In this document: piece after piece, positions 25,007 to 37,446 of the stretch
Layout of the letters: each line of letters starts with the position of its first letter
How positions within the stretch are numbered: position 1 is the first letter of the stretch
Assembly: GCA_951406725.2 (NCBI GenBank)
Contig: OX597822.1
Location: forward strand, 94,488,001-94,552,000
DNA length: 64,000 nucleotides
Source of the DNA: Octopus vulgaris
Taxonomy: Eukaryota
Direction: 5' to 3'
Notes under the pieces: model-generated
Database searches by the model: none
Seen by the model: the letters and a program-made list of their open reading frames with translations, nothing else
Told to the model about the DNA's origin: nothing
Translations under genes and position numbers: made by a program

Positions 25007-25946
25007 TCATCATCGTTTAACGTCCGCTTTCCGCGCTAGCACGGGTTGGACGGTTTGACCGGGTCTGGGAAGCCAGGGGCCGCTCCAGGCTCCAGTCTGA
25101 ATCTGGCAGAGTTTCTACGGCTGGATGCCCTTCCTAACGCCAACCACTCCGTGAGTGGATTGGGTGCTTTTTACGTGCCACCTGCACAGGGGCCGGAGGG
25201 TCCGGCATCGTCACGATCGGATTCGAGCATTTTAACGTGTCAGCGGCACGGGGGCAACGAGGTCCGGGGTACTTTGGGGATTGGGGTATTTTGGGGATCC
25301 AGGGTACTTTGGGGATCCGGGGTACTTTGGGGATCCGGGGTACTTAGAATGGGTAGGGGGGTACTTAGAATGGGTAGGGGGTATGTGGAATTGCTGCAGA
25401 AAGCAGCCCGGGTCTTTGTAGTCACAGCATATCTCCAGAGATCTCGGTCCTTCGCCATTGCCTCAGTGAGGCCCAATGCTCTGAGGTCATGCTTGACCAC
25501 CTCATCCCATGTCTTCCTGGGTCTACCTCTCCCCCTGATACCTTCAACTGTTTGGGAGTGGCACTTCTTCACACATCTCTCTTCATCCATCCGCAGCACA
25601 TGACCATACCATCGCAAGCGTCGCTCTTGCACACCACATCTGATGCTTCTTATATCCAGCATTTCTCTCAGGATACTTACACTCTGTTTTGCGTGCACAC
25701 TGACACTACACATCCAGCGGATCATGCTAGCTTCATTTCTTTCAAGTCTACGCATGTCTTCTGCAGTCACAGCCCATGTTTCATTACCGTGAAGCATGGC
25801 AGTTCGCACACATGCATCATATAATCTACCTTTTGCTCTGAGGGAGAGGCCTTTTGTTGCCAGTAGGGGTAGGAGCTTTCTGAACTTTGCCCAGGCTTTT
25901 CGTATTCTAGTGGTGATACTCTCTGTGCATCCACCTCCGCTACTAA

Positions 25947-25947
<1 letters not shown>
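25004..25947 (-). mobile_element. 5'-truncated RTE-clade LINE (ORF2 C-terminus, 3' UTR and (GAT)n tail)
   Basis: HGNETW...RLERNEASMIRWMC...RRLRWYGHVLRM...RGRGRPRKTW (ORF 25240-25809). UTR ends ggacgttaaacgatgatgat. Confidence 0.92.
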
Positions 25948-25988
<41 letters not shown>

Positions 25989-26309
25989 CATATATATTAA
26001 TAACATCAAATGGTAATCTGGAATATTAGAAATTTCCATTACCTCTTATGTGTTTAAATGTAATTTATATATATATATATATATGTTTCTTTATTACCCA
26101 CAAGGGGCTAAACATAGAGGGGACAAACAAAGACAGACAAAGGAATTAAGTCGATTATATCGGCCCCAGTGCGTAACTGGTACTTAATTTATCGACCCAG
26201 AAAGGATGAAAGGCGAAGTCGACCTCGGCGGAATTTGAACTCAGAACGTAACGCCAAACGAAATACCACTAAGAATTTCACCCGGCATGCTAACGTTTCT
26301 GCCAGCTCG

Positions 26310-26392
<83 letters not shown>

Positions 26393-27003
26393 ATGTATAT
26401 ATATACCCACACATAAAAAAACACATATATAAATAGATATATAGATATATGTAGACATATATATCTATATATGTCTATATATGTGTATATATATATATAT
26501 ACATATATATGTACCGCCTGACTGGCCCTCGTGCCGGTGGCACATAAAAATACCCACTACACTCTTGGAGTGGTTGGCGTTAGGAAGGGCATCCAGCTGT
26601 AGAAACTCTGCCAGATCAGATTGGAGTCTGGTGCAGCCATCTGGTTCGCCAGACCTTATATATATATATATATATATACATACATATATATTAATAACAT
26701 CAAATGGTAATCTGGAATATTAGAAATTTCCATTACCTCTTATGTGTTTAAATGTAATTTATATATATATATATATATGTTTCTTTATTACCCACAAGGG
26801 GCTAAACATAGAGGGGACAAACAAAGACAGACAAAGGAATTAAGTCGATTATATCGGCCCCAGTGCGTAACTGGTACTTAATTTATCGACCCAGAAAGGA
26901 TGAAAGGCGAAGTCGACCTCGGCGGAATTTGAACTCAGAACGTAACGCCAAACGAAATACCACTAAGAATTTCACCCGGCATGCTAACGTTTCTGCCAGC
27001 TCG

Positions 27004-27088
<85 letters not shown>

Positions 27089-27351
27089 ATGTATATATAT
27101 ACCCACACATAAAAAAACACATATATAAATAGATATATAGATATATGTAGACATATATATCTATATATGTCTATATATGTGTATATATATATATATACAT
27201 ATATATGTACCGCCTGACTGGCCCTCGTGCCGGTGGCACATAAAAATACCCACTACACTCTTGGAGTGGTTGGCGTTAGGAAGGGCATCCAGCTGTAGAA
27301 ACTCTGCCAGATCAGATTGGAGTCTGGTGCAGCCATCTGGTTCGCCAGACC
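25948..27351. repeat. ~0.7-kb near-identical tandem duplication
   Basis: 25948-26656 repeated at 26657-27351. Only microsatellite-length differences seen. Junction microhomology ctta. Confidence 0.9.
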
Positions 27352-27903
27352 TTAGTCAAATCGTCCAACCTATGCTAGCATGGAAAACGGACATTAAACG
27401 ATGATGATGATGATGATGATGATCATCATCATCATCGTTTAGCGTCCGTTTTCCATGCTAGCATGGGTTGGACGGTTCTACCAGGGTCTGTGAAGCCAGA
27501 AGGCTTCATCAGGCCCAGTCAAATCTGGCAGTGTTTCTACGGCTGGATGCCCTTCCTAACGCCAACCACTCCGTGAGTGTAGTGGGTACTTTTTACGTGC
27601 CACCTGCACTGGTGCCAGACAGAGCTGGCAAATGGCCACGAACGGATGGTGCTTTTTATGTGCCACCAGCACGAGGGCCAGGCGAGGCTGGCAACGGACA
27701 CGAAACGGGGCGGTGCTGGCAACGGTCGCGAAACGGAAAGTTCTCTTACATGCCACCAGCACTGGTAACACATCTGCAATTTCCATTGATCGATTTCCAT
27801 TGATCGATTTCGATTCTGATCCTCACTTGCCTCAACGGGTCTTCACAAGTAGAGTTTCGACATGCCACCGGCACTGGTAACACATCCGCAATTTCAATGA
27901 TGA

Positions 27904-27943
<40 letters not shown>

Positions 27944-28308
27944 TTTAATCCTTTAGCATTCAGTAATGCTTATTTATTCACATTCTTTTGAATTAATCAT
28001 GTCTTATCTCGTAACTTCAAGATTTCAATGATATGATTGTTTATTTTCAGCATGACATTGTAGGGTAGATGAGAGAGACCAGACCTGGCCCATTGGAACA
28101 TAAAACATATAGACTATTTGGGTATGAAATATAAGTCCTGGGTATAAAATCAAGCTACTATTAGTTCCATGGTGCCAAAACAAGGTGGTTGGACAAACTT
28201 GTATAGTGCACCAAGTGTTTCCAAGCAATATTTCAGGCCTAAATACACATCATGGCTGAGTGTTTTGGAGCACTTGTTTTGTTGATTCCACCAATAACAG
28301 AACAGTAC

Positions 28309-28339
<31 letters not shown>

Positions 28340-28752
28340 CACCGTGATCACCGTGACCGACGAGGTTATCAGATGTTACTACACATCGCTAGTCACAATG
28401 CACTTCGCATTGCTTTAGCCTTCAAATGACGCCACCCCGCTGGCTAAGCGAGCAGGCCAACAGAAGAAAGAGTGAAAGAAAGTTGTGGCGAAAGAGTACA
28501 GCAGGGATCGCCACCACCCCCTGAAGGAGCCTCGTGGAGCATTAGGTATTTTCGCTGAATAAACACTCACAAAGCCTGGTCTGGGAATCGAAATCGCGAT
28601 CCTACGACCGCGAGTCTGCTGCCCTAACCACTGAGCCATAAATGTGTGTGCATGTGTTTCTTAAATGGCTTATAAACACCTTCTATGCTGCAATTGTTTT
28701 CATTCCAGCACACAATCTCAGATCAAGTCACTCGCTATGCAAGTACATCTCC

Positions 28753-28800
<48 letters not shown>

Positions 28801-28801
28801 T

Positions 28802-29386
28802 GTTGAGGCAAGTGAAAATCAAACCAAATCAAAATAGATGAACATCAATGGAATTTGTATCTTTGTGGTACCAGTGACGGTGGCACATAAGAAAACCATC
28901 CGAACATGGCCGTAGCCAGTACCGCATCGACTGGCCTCCGTGCTGTGGGCACGTAACAAACACCATCCGATCGTGGCCGTTCGCCAGCCTCGTCTGGCAC
29001 CTGTGTCAGTGGCACATAAAAAACACCATCCAAGCGTGGCCGTTCGCCAGCCTCGTCTGGCACCTATGTCGGTGGCACATAAAAAACACCATCCGAGCGT
29101 GGCCGTCTGCCAGCCTCGTCTGGCACCTGTGTCGGTGGCACATAAAAAACACCATCCGAGCGTGGCCGTTCGCCAGCCTCGTCTGGCACCTGTGTCGGTG
29201 GCACATAAAATCAACCACTACATTCTCGGAGTGGTTGGCGTTAGGAAGGGCATCCAGCTGTAGAAACACTGCCAGATCTGACTGGCCTGGTGCAGCCTTC
29301 GGGCTCCCCAGACCCCAGTTGAACCGTCCAACCCATGCTAGCATGGAAAGCGGACGTTAAATGATGATGATGATGATGATGATGAT
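28802..29386 (+). mobile_element. RTE 3'-UTR-derived repeat with internal ~60-bp tandem array
   Basis: Same terminus as 25004-25200. Further copies at ~13690-14170, 19740-20066, 21045-21260, 26513-26656, 27208-27423, 29610-30017, 58003-58512 (+) and 27424-27900, 38495-39180, 49634-49792, 50370-50510, 56370-56930, 57078-57470, 63450-63640 (-). Confidence 0.85.
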
Positions 29387-30519
29387 ATATACATTTTATT
29401 TATTAGGGAATATAAATTCTGGTGTCACAGGGATTCAAATAAAATGAATTATTCTCGATAAGGAAATATATGTTATTTAGAGATAGAAGTCCCCATGCAA
29501 TTCATCAAATCCTGATATACATCACACCATATAATAGAATTTTATTTTAATACTTACTAATCATTTCTAAATTTCTCTGCAACATGTATGTATATATATA
29601 TATATAAGGGATAGACTCAAGAAGATGTAGGTTAAGGTAGTGAGCAAAGATCTACAGACATTGGAACTCACAGAGGGGATGACAGAGGACTGACACTCCT
29701 GGCTGTTTGCTGTGCTTGAAGTGTGGTTGTCCTTGCATACAGGCTCCCACCCACCCCCTGCATCCTTCTTCAGTTGAGCATCCTTTATCTTGCAGGCTCC
29801 TAGGTGCTGGTGTCACATACAAAGCACCTGTACTGGTGCTGTACAAAAGCATCCAGTACACTCTGTAAAGTGGTTGGTGTTAGGAAGGGCATCCAGTCAC
29901 AGAAACCCAAATAGACGGGGAGCCTGAACAGTCCTTCAGCAGGTCATCTCCTGTCAAACCATCCAATCCATGCCAGCAGGGAAATCAGACGTTAAATGAT
30001 GATGATAATGATGATGATACACACACACACACACATATCATCACCATCATCAATCCATTTTTCCATGCTTGCATATGGTCGGATGGAATTCTTTGCAGCA
30101 GATTTTTTATAGCTAAGTGTCTTTCAAGTTGCCAACCCTCACTTGGTTCCAGGCAAAGTAATACTTTTTCATGGAAAACTGGGAACGTGTGTGTGTGCAT
30201 GTGTGTGCATGTGTGTGTGTGTGCATGTGTGTGTGTGCATGTGTGTGGTGTGTCAGGGTGTGCACACGTGTGTGTGTGTGTGTGTGTGTGCTCCTCTTGT
30301 CTTAATGTAGTTTTAATGTACTGCTTCAAAACATAATCATCATCCATAAAAAAGATGAGGACAATATGTCAGGAAAACATGTCCAGCCATTGAGCTGTTT
30401 GTTATTCGAAGAATCAAGTGAAATATCACCTTAACTAGAAAGCAGTGAATATTGGTTCAAATTTTAGCTGACCTATGCAAGAATGGAAAAGTTGATGTTA
30501 AAATGATGATTACCCTGTG

Positions 30520-30965
30520 TAACACAATTTTTGTCCCTGGGTAGCAGCTTTTATTTCCTATTTGCTTACCCCTAGAAAGTACGAAAAATGGCCAATATTT
30601 CCTTCAAATTTCGCTTTTGTTACATTTATTCAAACCCCAAAGAATCCCTCTCAATACATAGTTATGACGAACCTTCGCTACTCCTGCTCATCATCAGAGA
30701 CACACATCTTGTCAATCACTAAGGGACATGGTTAATGTCAAGTGGTTAATGTCAAGCAACTAACGTGCAAATCTGTGTTACTGAGCAGAATATTTGCCGT
30801 AATGATATTTCAGCTTCAGCAACTCAGTGCAGAATCTGTCTGAAATGTAATGGAAAATGGGTCAGTTTCAGAACATTGATGACCAGGCGACAAAAGCAAA
30901 GTTTGAAGGGAATAGTAGTCATTTCTTTTGATCTCTAGATAGAAACAAATAGGAAATAACACTTA
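30520..30965. mobile_element. MITE-like element carrying a captured piece of the 31123 LINE UTR
   Basis: Imperfect TIRs (atttcctatttg...ccttcaaa.tt.gcttttgt / acaaaagc.aa.tttgaagg...caaataggaaat). Inverted sister copy at ~4190-4826. Confidence 0.6.
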
Positions 30966-30997
30966 CAGATCAAAGACCAAAAATAATAATAATAATA

Positions 30998-31043
<46 letters not shown>

Positions 31044-31122
31044 CGACGACGACGACAACGACGACGATGGCGAAGACGACAACGAAGATGAAGACGTCGA
31101 CAATGACGATGATAATAATAAT

Positions 31123-31687
31123 GCAGTACCATGCAGTGGCTCTCATGGCTTCTGATCTTAACTGATTGGAAGTGTTATCATGTACATTGTTTTGTCTTGG
31201 TATAAAAGATGGGCTACAGCAAATATTCTGCTCAATACCACAGATTTGCTTGTCAGTTGTTTGACCTTAACCAGTTGAGCATGTCCCTTAGTGGCTGACG
31301 ATATGTGCATCTCTGATCACGAGCAGAAGTAGTCAGGGAGCATCATAGCCAAGTGTTGAAAGAAATTCTTGGAGGTTTGGATAATTCACCTTTGGAAACA
31401 TGGGTGGTTCATTCAACATCCTTAAACAATCCTTATTCAGGGACCTTTTGAGCGGGATGGTCTACTCAACCAGAAGAAAATTCTATCTGTACCCCACCTG
31501 CAAGGCCATGCGCTGTTTATCTTGATATGAGATCACCATGTCACGCACATATGGTTGTGATGCATGTGCCTAGTGTACCCTAATCAGACGGGTAGTCATG
31601 ATGGGCATACTGGGCTTTGTATATTTTACCCCAGTGTCACTTTGATGGCATGCACTGCTCTCTCACTCAATAATAATAGTAATCATC

Positions 31688-31722
<35 letters not shown>
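31123..31722 (+). mobile_element. LINE 3' UTR inserted in (TAA)n, probably Dong/R4 clade
   Basis: ~550-bp non-coding unit with (AAT)n on both sides. TAA-repeat targeting is characteristic of Dong/R4 elements; the clade call is inferred, with no ORF present. Confidence 0.5.
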
Positions 31723-31725
<3 letters not shown>

Positions 31726-31779
31726 TTTGCTACACAGTGTTATTTTAGTGAAAAGTTATGACATATAGGCTTAGTTAAA

Positions 31780-32373
31780 CCCTTTAGCACTTAAACTGGC
31801 CATATCTGGCCAGATCCAACCTCTCAAATCTCCCATACAGTGTTAGTCTAAAAAATGTAGTCATCTTATCGAAATCCCAAGGCTACAAGATTACTCTTAC
31901 TCTTTACTCTTTTACTTGTTTCAGTCATTTGACTGTGGCCATGCTGGAGCACCACCTTTAATCGAGCAACTCGACCCCGGGACTTATTCTTTGTAAGCCC
32001 AGTACTTATTCTATCGGTCTCTTTTGCCGAACTGCTAAGTGACGGGGACATAAACACACCAGCATCGGTTGTCAAGTGAAGCTAGGGGGACAAACACAGA
32101 CACACAAACATATACACACACACTTATATATATATACATATATACGACGGGCTTCTTCCAGTTTCTGTCTACCAAATCCACTCACAAGCCTTTGGTCGGC
32201 CCGAGTCTATAGTAGAAGACACTTGCCCAAGGTGCCACGCAGTGGGACTGAACCCGGAACCATGTGGTTGGTAAGCAAGCTACTTACCACACAGCCACTC
32301 CTGCACAGGTTAAATTCAAAACAATGTGAATAAATAGTGTTACATTTGATGGAATATCCTGGTTGCTAAAGGG
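31780..32373. mobile_element. piggyBac-type MITE with nested SINE
   Basis: TIRs ccctttagca / tgctaaaggg, TTAA at right and TTAAA at left. SINE at 31892-32305 inside. Partial relative at ~27946-28130. Confidence 0.75.
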
Positions 32374-32399
32374 TTAAATAGTGCTGATCTCTGGAGTAA

Positions 32400-32745
32400 C
32401 GTTACTCAACAGGGTTGTGTAACTCAGAGAACAGGGAGTCTCTCCAGGTGGAGCCACTACTCCTCTGTATTGAAAGATCACAGCACTGGTACTACAGACA
32501 TGTGATTAGGATGTTACAGGAAAGAATCACAAGATGGATACTTCAAGCCAAAGCCAATCAGCAGGAAATCTAGGGGCAGACCACGTTGGATAATGTTCAT
32601 AATATCAGTTGGTCATACTTTGAAGTCCAGCTGGAAAATGTAATGACGGTTGCTTTCGATAGGGCCCTATTGAGTGAGAGCTTGAAGACTCTACTCCCAT
32701 GAGACTTCCAGAAATAGTAGGTGGAGAAGATAGATGGATGGATAC
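32400..32745 (+). mobile_element. RTE (Expander-like) LINE 3' remnant
   Basis: ESLQVEPLLLCIERSQH.YY.HVIRM ... RGRP, ending in (GGAT)n-like gatggatggat. Confidence 0.6.
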
Positions 32746-33289
32746 TTAATGCAGGGAACATTAAATATCTATATAGTAATCTGAAGAAAAAAGACAGCAT
32801 TGCTCAATGACTAAAATTATTATTTTTCTGGCAACAGTCATGGGAGATAACTCCAGGTATGTTTGAATCTTATTCGCACCTTATTAAGAAAGCATACCTC
32901 TATGGTAAAGGAAACAAGCTTTAACAAAGACATTTTCCAATACCTTGCATCTTCACCTCTAATAACCACTAGTTTGGTTTCTACAAAGCTATATTCATCA
33001 GTGACCTGCTCTCTTCTGAGACCCCCCCAATGAATTCTTGGAGGAACTTGGTGAAAGTAATGATCCACCTTCAACAGTAGGAAAGCCATTGAACATGTTT
33101 AGCATGTGAATCTCCTCTCAAAAGTGCCTATCTATGGATGCCAACTGTCTCGTCTTTTGATTCAGCAGCTTCTTTTCAGCTCACATAATCACCAATTCTT
33201 TTTACAGAGCTCTCTCTGTTTTTCTTTCTATCAAGTCTGATGTGTCCAAGAGTTTAGTTTCATCTTCCGCTCTCTTCCTTTGATACATA

Positions 33290-34030
33290 AAATAATTTTA
33301 TTTATCTCCACATCTAGCAACGATCACTTTTACACTTTTCTCTGGAGAAAGCACATCTTTAACATAACTGGGATCATACCCCAACAACTAGCCCTACTCT
33401 TCAGGGCCAGTAGGTATTTCAGCTCCCTTATTGACACTTTACAAATCTCAGATGCGGACCTCAATGGAGTATTGCACTCACATATGGGACAGTACTGTTG
33501 ATACATGTACAAACATCCTGGATCACATCCTGAAAAGGGTTATCCAAATATATTTCTTTACTACCCACAAGGGGCTAAACACAGAGGGGACAAACGGATT
33601 AAGTCGATTACATCAACCCCAGTGCGTAACTGGTACTTAATTTATCGACCCCGAAAGGATGAAAGGCAAAGTCGACCTCGGCGGAATTTGAACCCAGAAC
33701 GTAACGGCAGACGAAATATGGCTACGCATTTCGCCTGGCGTGCTAGCGTTTCTGCCAGCTTACCACCCAAATAATAGGTATAAAGTCATTCATGGTAGCT
33801 CTCTGGTTTCCACAAGTGTACTGCTGCTTCTCTCTGCCTTTTCTACCACTACTATAATGGTCCTTGCTCCTGGGACCTAACAGGACTCATGCCACCTCTA
33901 TTCAGGCATTCACAACTCATTCATCTCCCCTCCTTTCATCACTCTTGTCATGTCCAACCCACCTTAACCCTAACCTACACTAATCACATTTTCTTCCAGA
34001 ATGCCAGCCATCTGGAATTCTGTCTTTAAT
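33290..34030 (+). pseudogene. Jockey/CR1-group LINE ORF2 remnant split by a SINE
   Basis: LYKSQMR..MEYC.HIW ... LD.I.KR.I.I | ASL.LFY.YYNG.CS. The SINE insertion is flanked by the target duplication ccaaata (33544-33550 / 33767-33773). Confidence 0.7.
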
Positions 34031-35050
34031 AATGTCTTTCATACAGGTGCCGCAGTCTAGAAGTGCCTGTGAAGACCATGGGCACTGCCTCTTCTTCCAG
34101 ACCCAGCAAGTTAAGAGAGCTCCTTTCAACAAACTTGTCAAACCACGAAGGCTCATGCCTCAGTGGTTAGAGCATTGGGCTCACAATCATAAAGTGGTGA
34201 GTTCGATTCCCAGACTGGGCTGTGTTGTGTTCTTGAGCAAGACACTTTATTTCATGTTGTTCCAGTTCACTCAGCTGTAGAAGTGAGTTATGATGTCACT
34301 GGTGCCATACTGTGTCAGCCTTTCCCTTTCCTTTGTATAACATTAGTGGCATGGAAAGGGGAGACTGCTGGCCTTCCATAAAGACGAGCGACTGCTGGTC
34401 TTCCATAAACAACCTTACCCTGACTCGTGCCTCAGAAGGTAACTTTCCAGATGCAATCCCATGGTCAGTCATGACTTAAGACAGTCTTTACCTTTTTACT
34501 AGTCAAACAGTGATGAATCAAATTAAGATTGCATACTTAGGGACATGGAATAATATGATTTTTTTTTTTTGTGATTAACTAATTAATAATTCATTAAGCA
34601 CAGTTTCAATGTCTTTCACTGTGTAATTAACCACTTTAATTGTGTGAAATTTACTGCTAATGAATCGAATTAGCAATATTTAACATGAATGAGAGTATGA
34701 AGTCTCTTACATGTAGGATTAACTCCCTTGGTTGTAGAATTAATTTTACTATTTGGCATATCTCACCTCTCTCTCGCCTCTCTCCACTATTCTTTCTCCT
34801 TCTCCCTTTCTCTCCTCTCTGATCTTTCTTTCCTTTTCCTTTCTTTCTTTCACTTCTCTTAGAAATTGGATTAGCCCATAAGGTTAATTAGATTTTAGAA
34901 GTAGAATCAGTACCAGGGTGAATAAGAAATGAGCCATTCAAACATGTCTGATTAACTTCTTTGACAAAGAAATACCTATTCTAATAAGCTTTTGCCTCTC
35001 ATTTATAACTCTCCATCTCTTTCTCTTTGGCTCCCCTCCTCTCTCTCTCT

Positions 35051-35093
<43 letters not shown>

Positions 35094-36388
35094 GGAGTGG
35101 ATGTGTGGTAAGTAGCTTGCTTACCAACCACATGGTTCCAGGTTCAGTCTCACTGCATGGCACCTTGGGCAAGTGTCTTCTACTATAGCCTCAGGCTGCC
35201 CAAAGCGTTGTGAGTGAATTTGGTAGACGGAAACTGAAAGAAGCCCGTCATATATATGTATATATATATATGTGTGTGTGCGTATATGTTTGTGTGTCTC
35301 TGTTTGTCCCCGCAACATCGCTTGACAACCGATACTGGTGTGTTTAGGTCCCTGAAACTTAGCAGTTTGGCAAAAGAGACCGATAGAATAAGTACTGGGC
35401 TTACAAAGAATAAGTCCTGGGATCGATTTTCTCGACTAAAGGCGGTGCTCCAGCATGGCCGCAGTCAAATGACTGAAACAAGTAAAAATATATATATATA
35501 TATATATATATACACTCACATACACACAAACTTACACTTGAGAATAAAACTGGTGAAATCAATAAACTAGATTAACTAGGGTTATAGTTAATTAATAAAT
35601 TAACTTTTTGAGTGACGATGGATTAAAAGCCTATCTTACATGTAAGAATAACCATAGAAATATCAAGAATTAGTAAATCTGACAAACAAACTTAGCCTTT
35701 CTCATACAAGTAACCAGCCAGGCCAATATCCAGTGTTGGCCATGTAGAAAAATCAATCTAACAGCAGAGTAAAATTAACCAAACTCACTGCCAAATAGCT
35801 CTGAGATTTTATATAATTATATAATATCCTCGAGTGTTATTGTTTGTGTTTATAAGGCCTTGGTCAGCCAGAATTGATTATGCATTTACACATCTATATG
35901 CAGGTCTGGGCAAGATATTTTTTAGGAAAATTAGCAGTTGCCTAGACATACAATTCTCCTTTCTCCATGCCACTGATGTTTATCCAATAGAAAGACCACT
36001 GACTGGGGCTGATACAAATTTTCTTGTCTGACCCTGAAAGAATAAAAGGTAAATTTGACCTTGGTGGGATTTGAAACCAGAGCACAAATAGTTAGAACAA
36101 ATGCCCTGAGGAGTTCTGTTCAACATCCTTATGTCTCTGCTGACTTACCACCCTTAAGAATTCTATGTCTAAAATGGAAAAACAGAAATGTAATCGTTCA
36201 ACTCTGAAGTTTTTCCATGGCCCCCTTAACTTCTGAAATTTACATCAAGCTGAAACTATAGGGTATTGAGCAAGCTACCAGTGAAGGTGCTGTGATTTGT
36301 ATCTTTTACCAGTTTCTAGGTGCAATCTCATGGTCATTCATGACCAAAGAGGGTAAGAATCCTATGTCCAAAAGTGAAAAACAGAAAT

Positions 36389-36675
36389 TGGTGTAGTGGT
36401 TAAGACCGTGGGCCACTAACCCCAAGATTCCGAGTTCGATTCCAAGCAGTGACCTGAATAATAATAATGATGACGATGACGATTTCGACGGCGGCGACAA
36501 TGGCAGCGATAATGATGACGACGACGACATTGAAAAATACCTTAGGAATGAGAATACAGGTTCGATATTTCCCCAAGACACCTGATGAAAGCTGGAGGGT
36601 ATATCAGCCGAAACATTGTGTTAACAACAAACAAGATGAGGACAAATATCGTCAAATGTAAATAATGTAAATAAG
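36389..36675 (+). mobile_element. tRNA-headed SINE-like element containing a hammerhead motif
   Basis: A box tggtgtagtgg, B box gagttcgattcc, internal (AAT)/(GAC) repeats, second B-box-like ggttcgata, HHR at 36578, tail (atgtaaata)2. Confidence 0.65.
36578..36621 (+). ncRNA. Minimal hammerhead motif inside a tRNA-headed SINE
   Basis: ACAC-CUGAUGA-AA-GCUG-GAGGGUAUAU-CAGC-C-GAAAC-AUU^GUGU. AACAUU is probably a CpG-decayed AACGUU palindrome. Confidence 0.65.
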
Positions 36676-37065
36676 GTTTAATTTTCAAATCCTAAAGTTT
36701 TTCTCGGGAGTGTCACAATGTTATTATTGACTCCTTTAACTTCTGAGATCTGCATCAAACTAAAACTTATAAGGGTCAAGCTACCAAGTGAAGGTTCTGT
36801 GATCTGCATCCTGTTATCAGTTTTGTACTGTGTCCATGTCCATTACATGCCAAGTGTCACTAAATCAGTTCAAATAAATGCAAAAAGGTACCATAGGTAG
36901 GTTCATTTCACTGATGTAAAATCATAGAAGTACTTTAATTACGAGCCTAAATCATTACTGAAAAGTACAAAGTGATCTTGCATAACCAATAGTTCTATAA
37001 CGGATGGCAAGGTTTACGATATCGGGAGAATATCGCCTTCCTCCGTTATCTCTTTTTGTTCTTCA

Positions 37066-37446
37066 TGTAGTTCAGGCTCCGGCTGGCGAAGAGGGAAGAC
37101 TTCAAGTACAAATGCTATTTACAACTGGTTTATTTACAGGTTTCACAGGATAGGTGAAGTGTTCTGCCCTCAGCAACCATCTTTAGCTGTGTGTGTTGTG
37201 TAGTAGCTCTGTTAGTGTGTGTGCATTGCCTCTGGAGGTACAGAGTACAGACGGGCCCAGCCAATAGAGTGCGATCAACAAGGAAAGAAAAAGACTGAAT
37301 CTGTTCCTGTTTGCCCTTATATACAGTTTGCCATCACGAGCCTCATCGTGATCTCATACATGCTAAATGGATGCTGGTATGGTCTTGTTCCAATCTCCTG
37401 CCATGAGATCTCATCCAATATGGCGCTGACTGCTTGTGCCGCTACA
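37066..37446 (-). mobile_element. Solo LTR candidate
   Basis: TGTAG...CTACA termini. Minus-strand TATA box (gtatataagg) upstream of AATAAA. No exact TSD seen. Confidence 0.55.

Noticed and set aside
28868-29212. Repeat-spacer look resembling a CRISPR array
   Set aside because: Spacers are near-identical, the array is inside an RTE 3' UTR, the context is eukaryotic and there are no cas genes.
31297-31340. CUGACGA inside the LINE UTR
   Set aside because: No stem II-GAAA-stem III follows.
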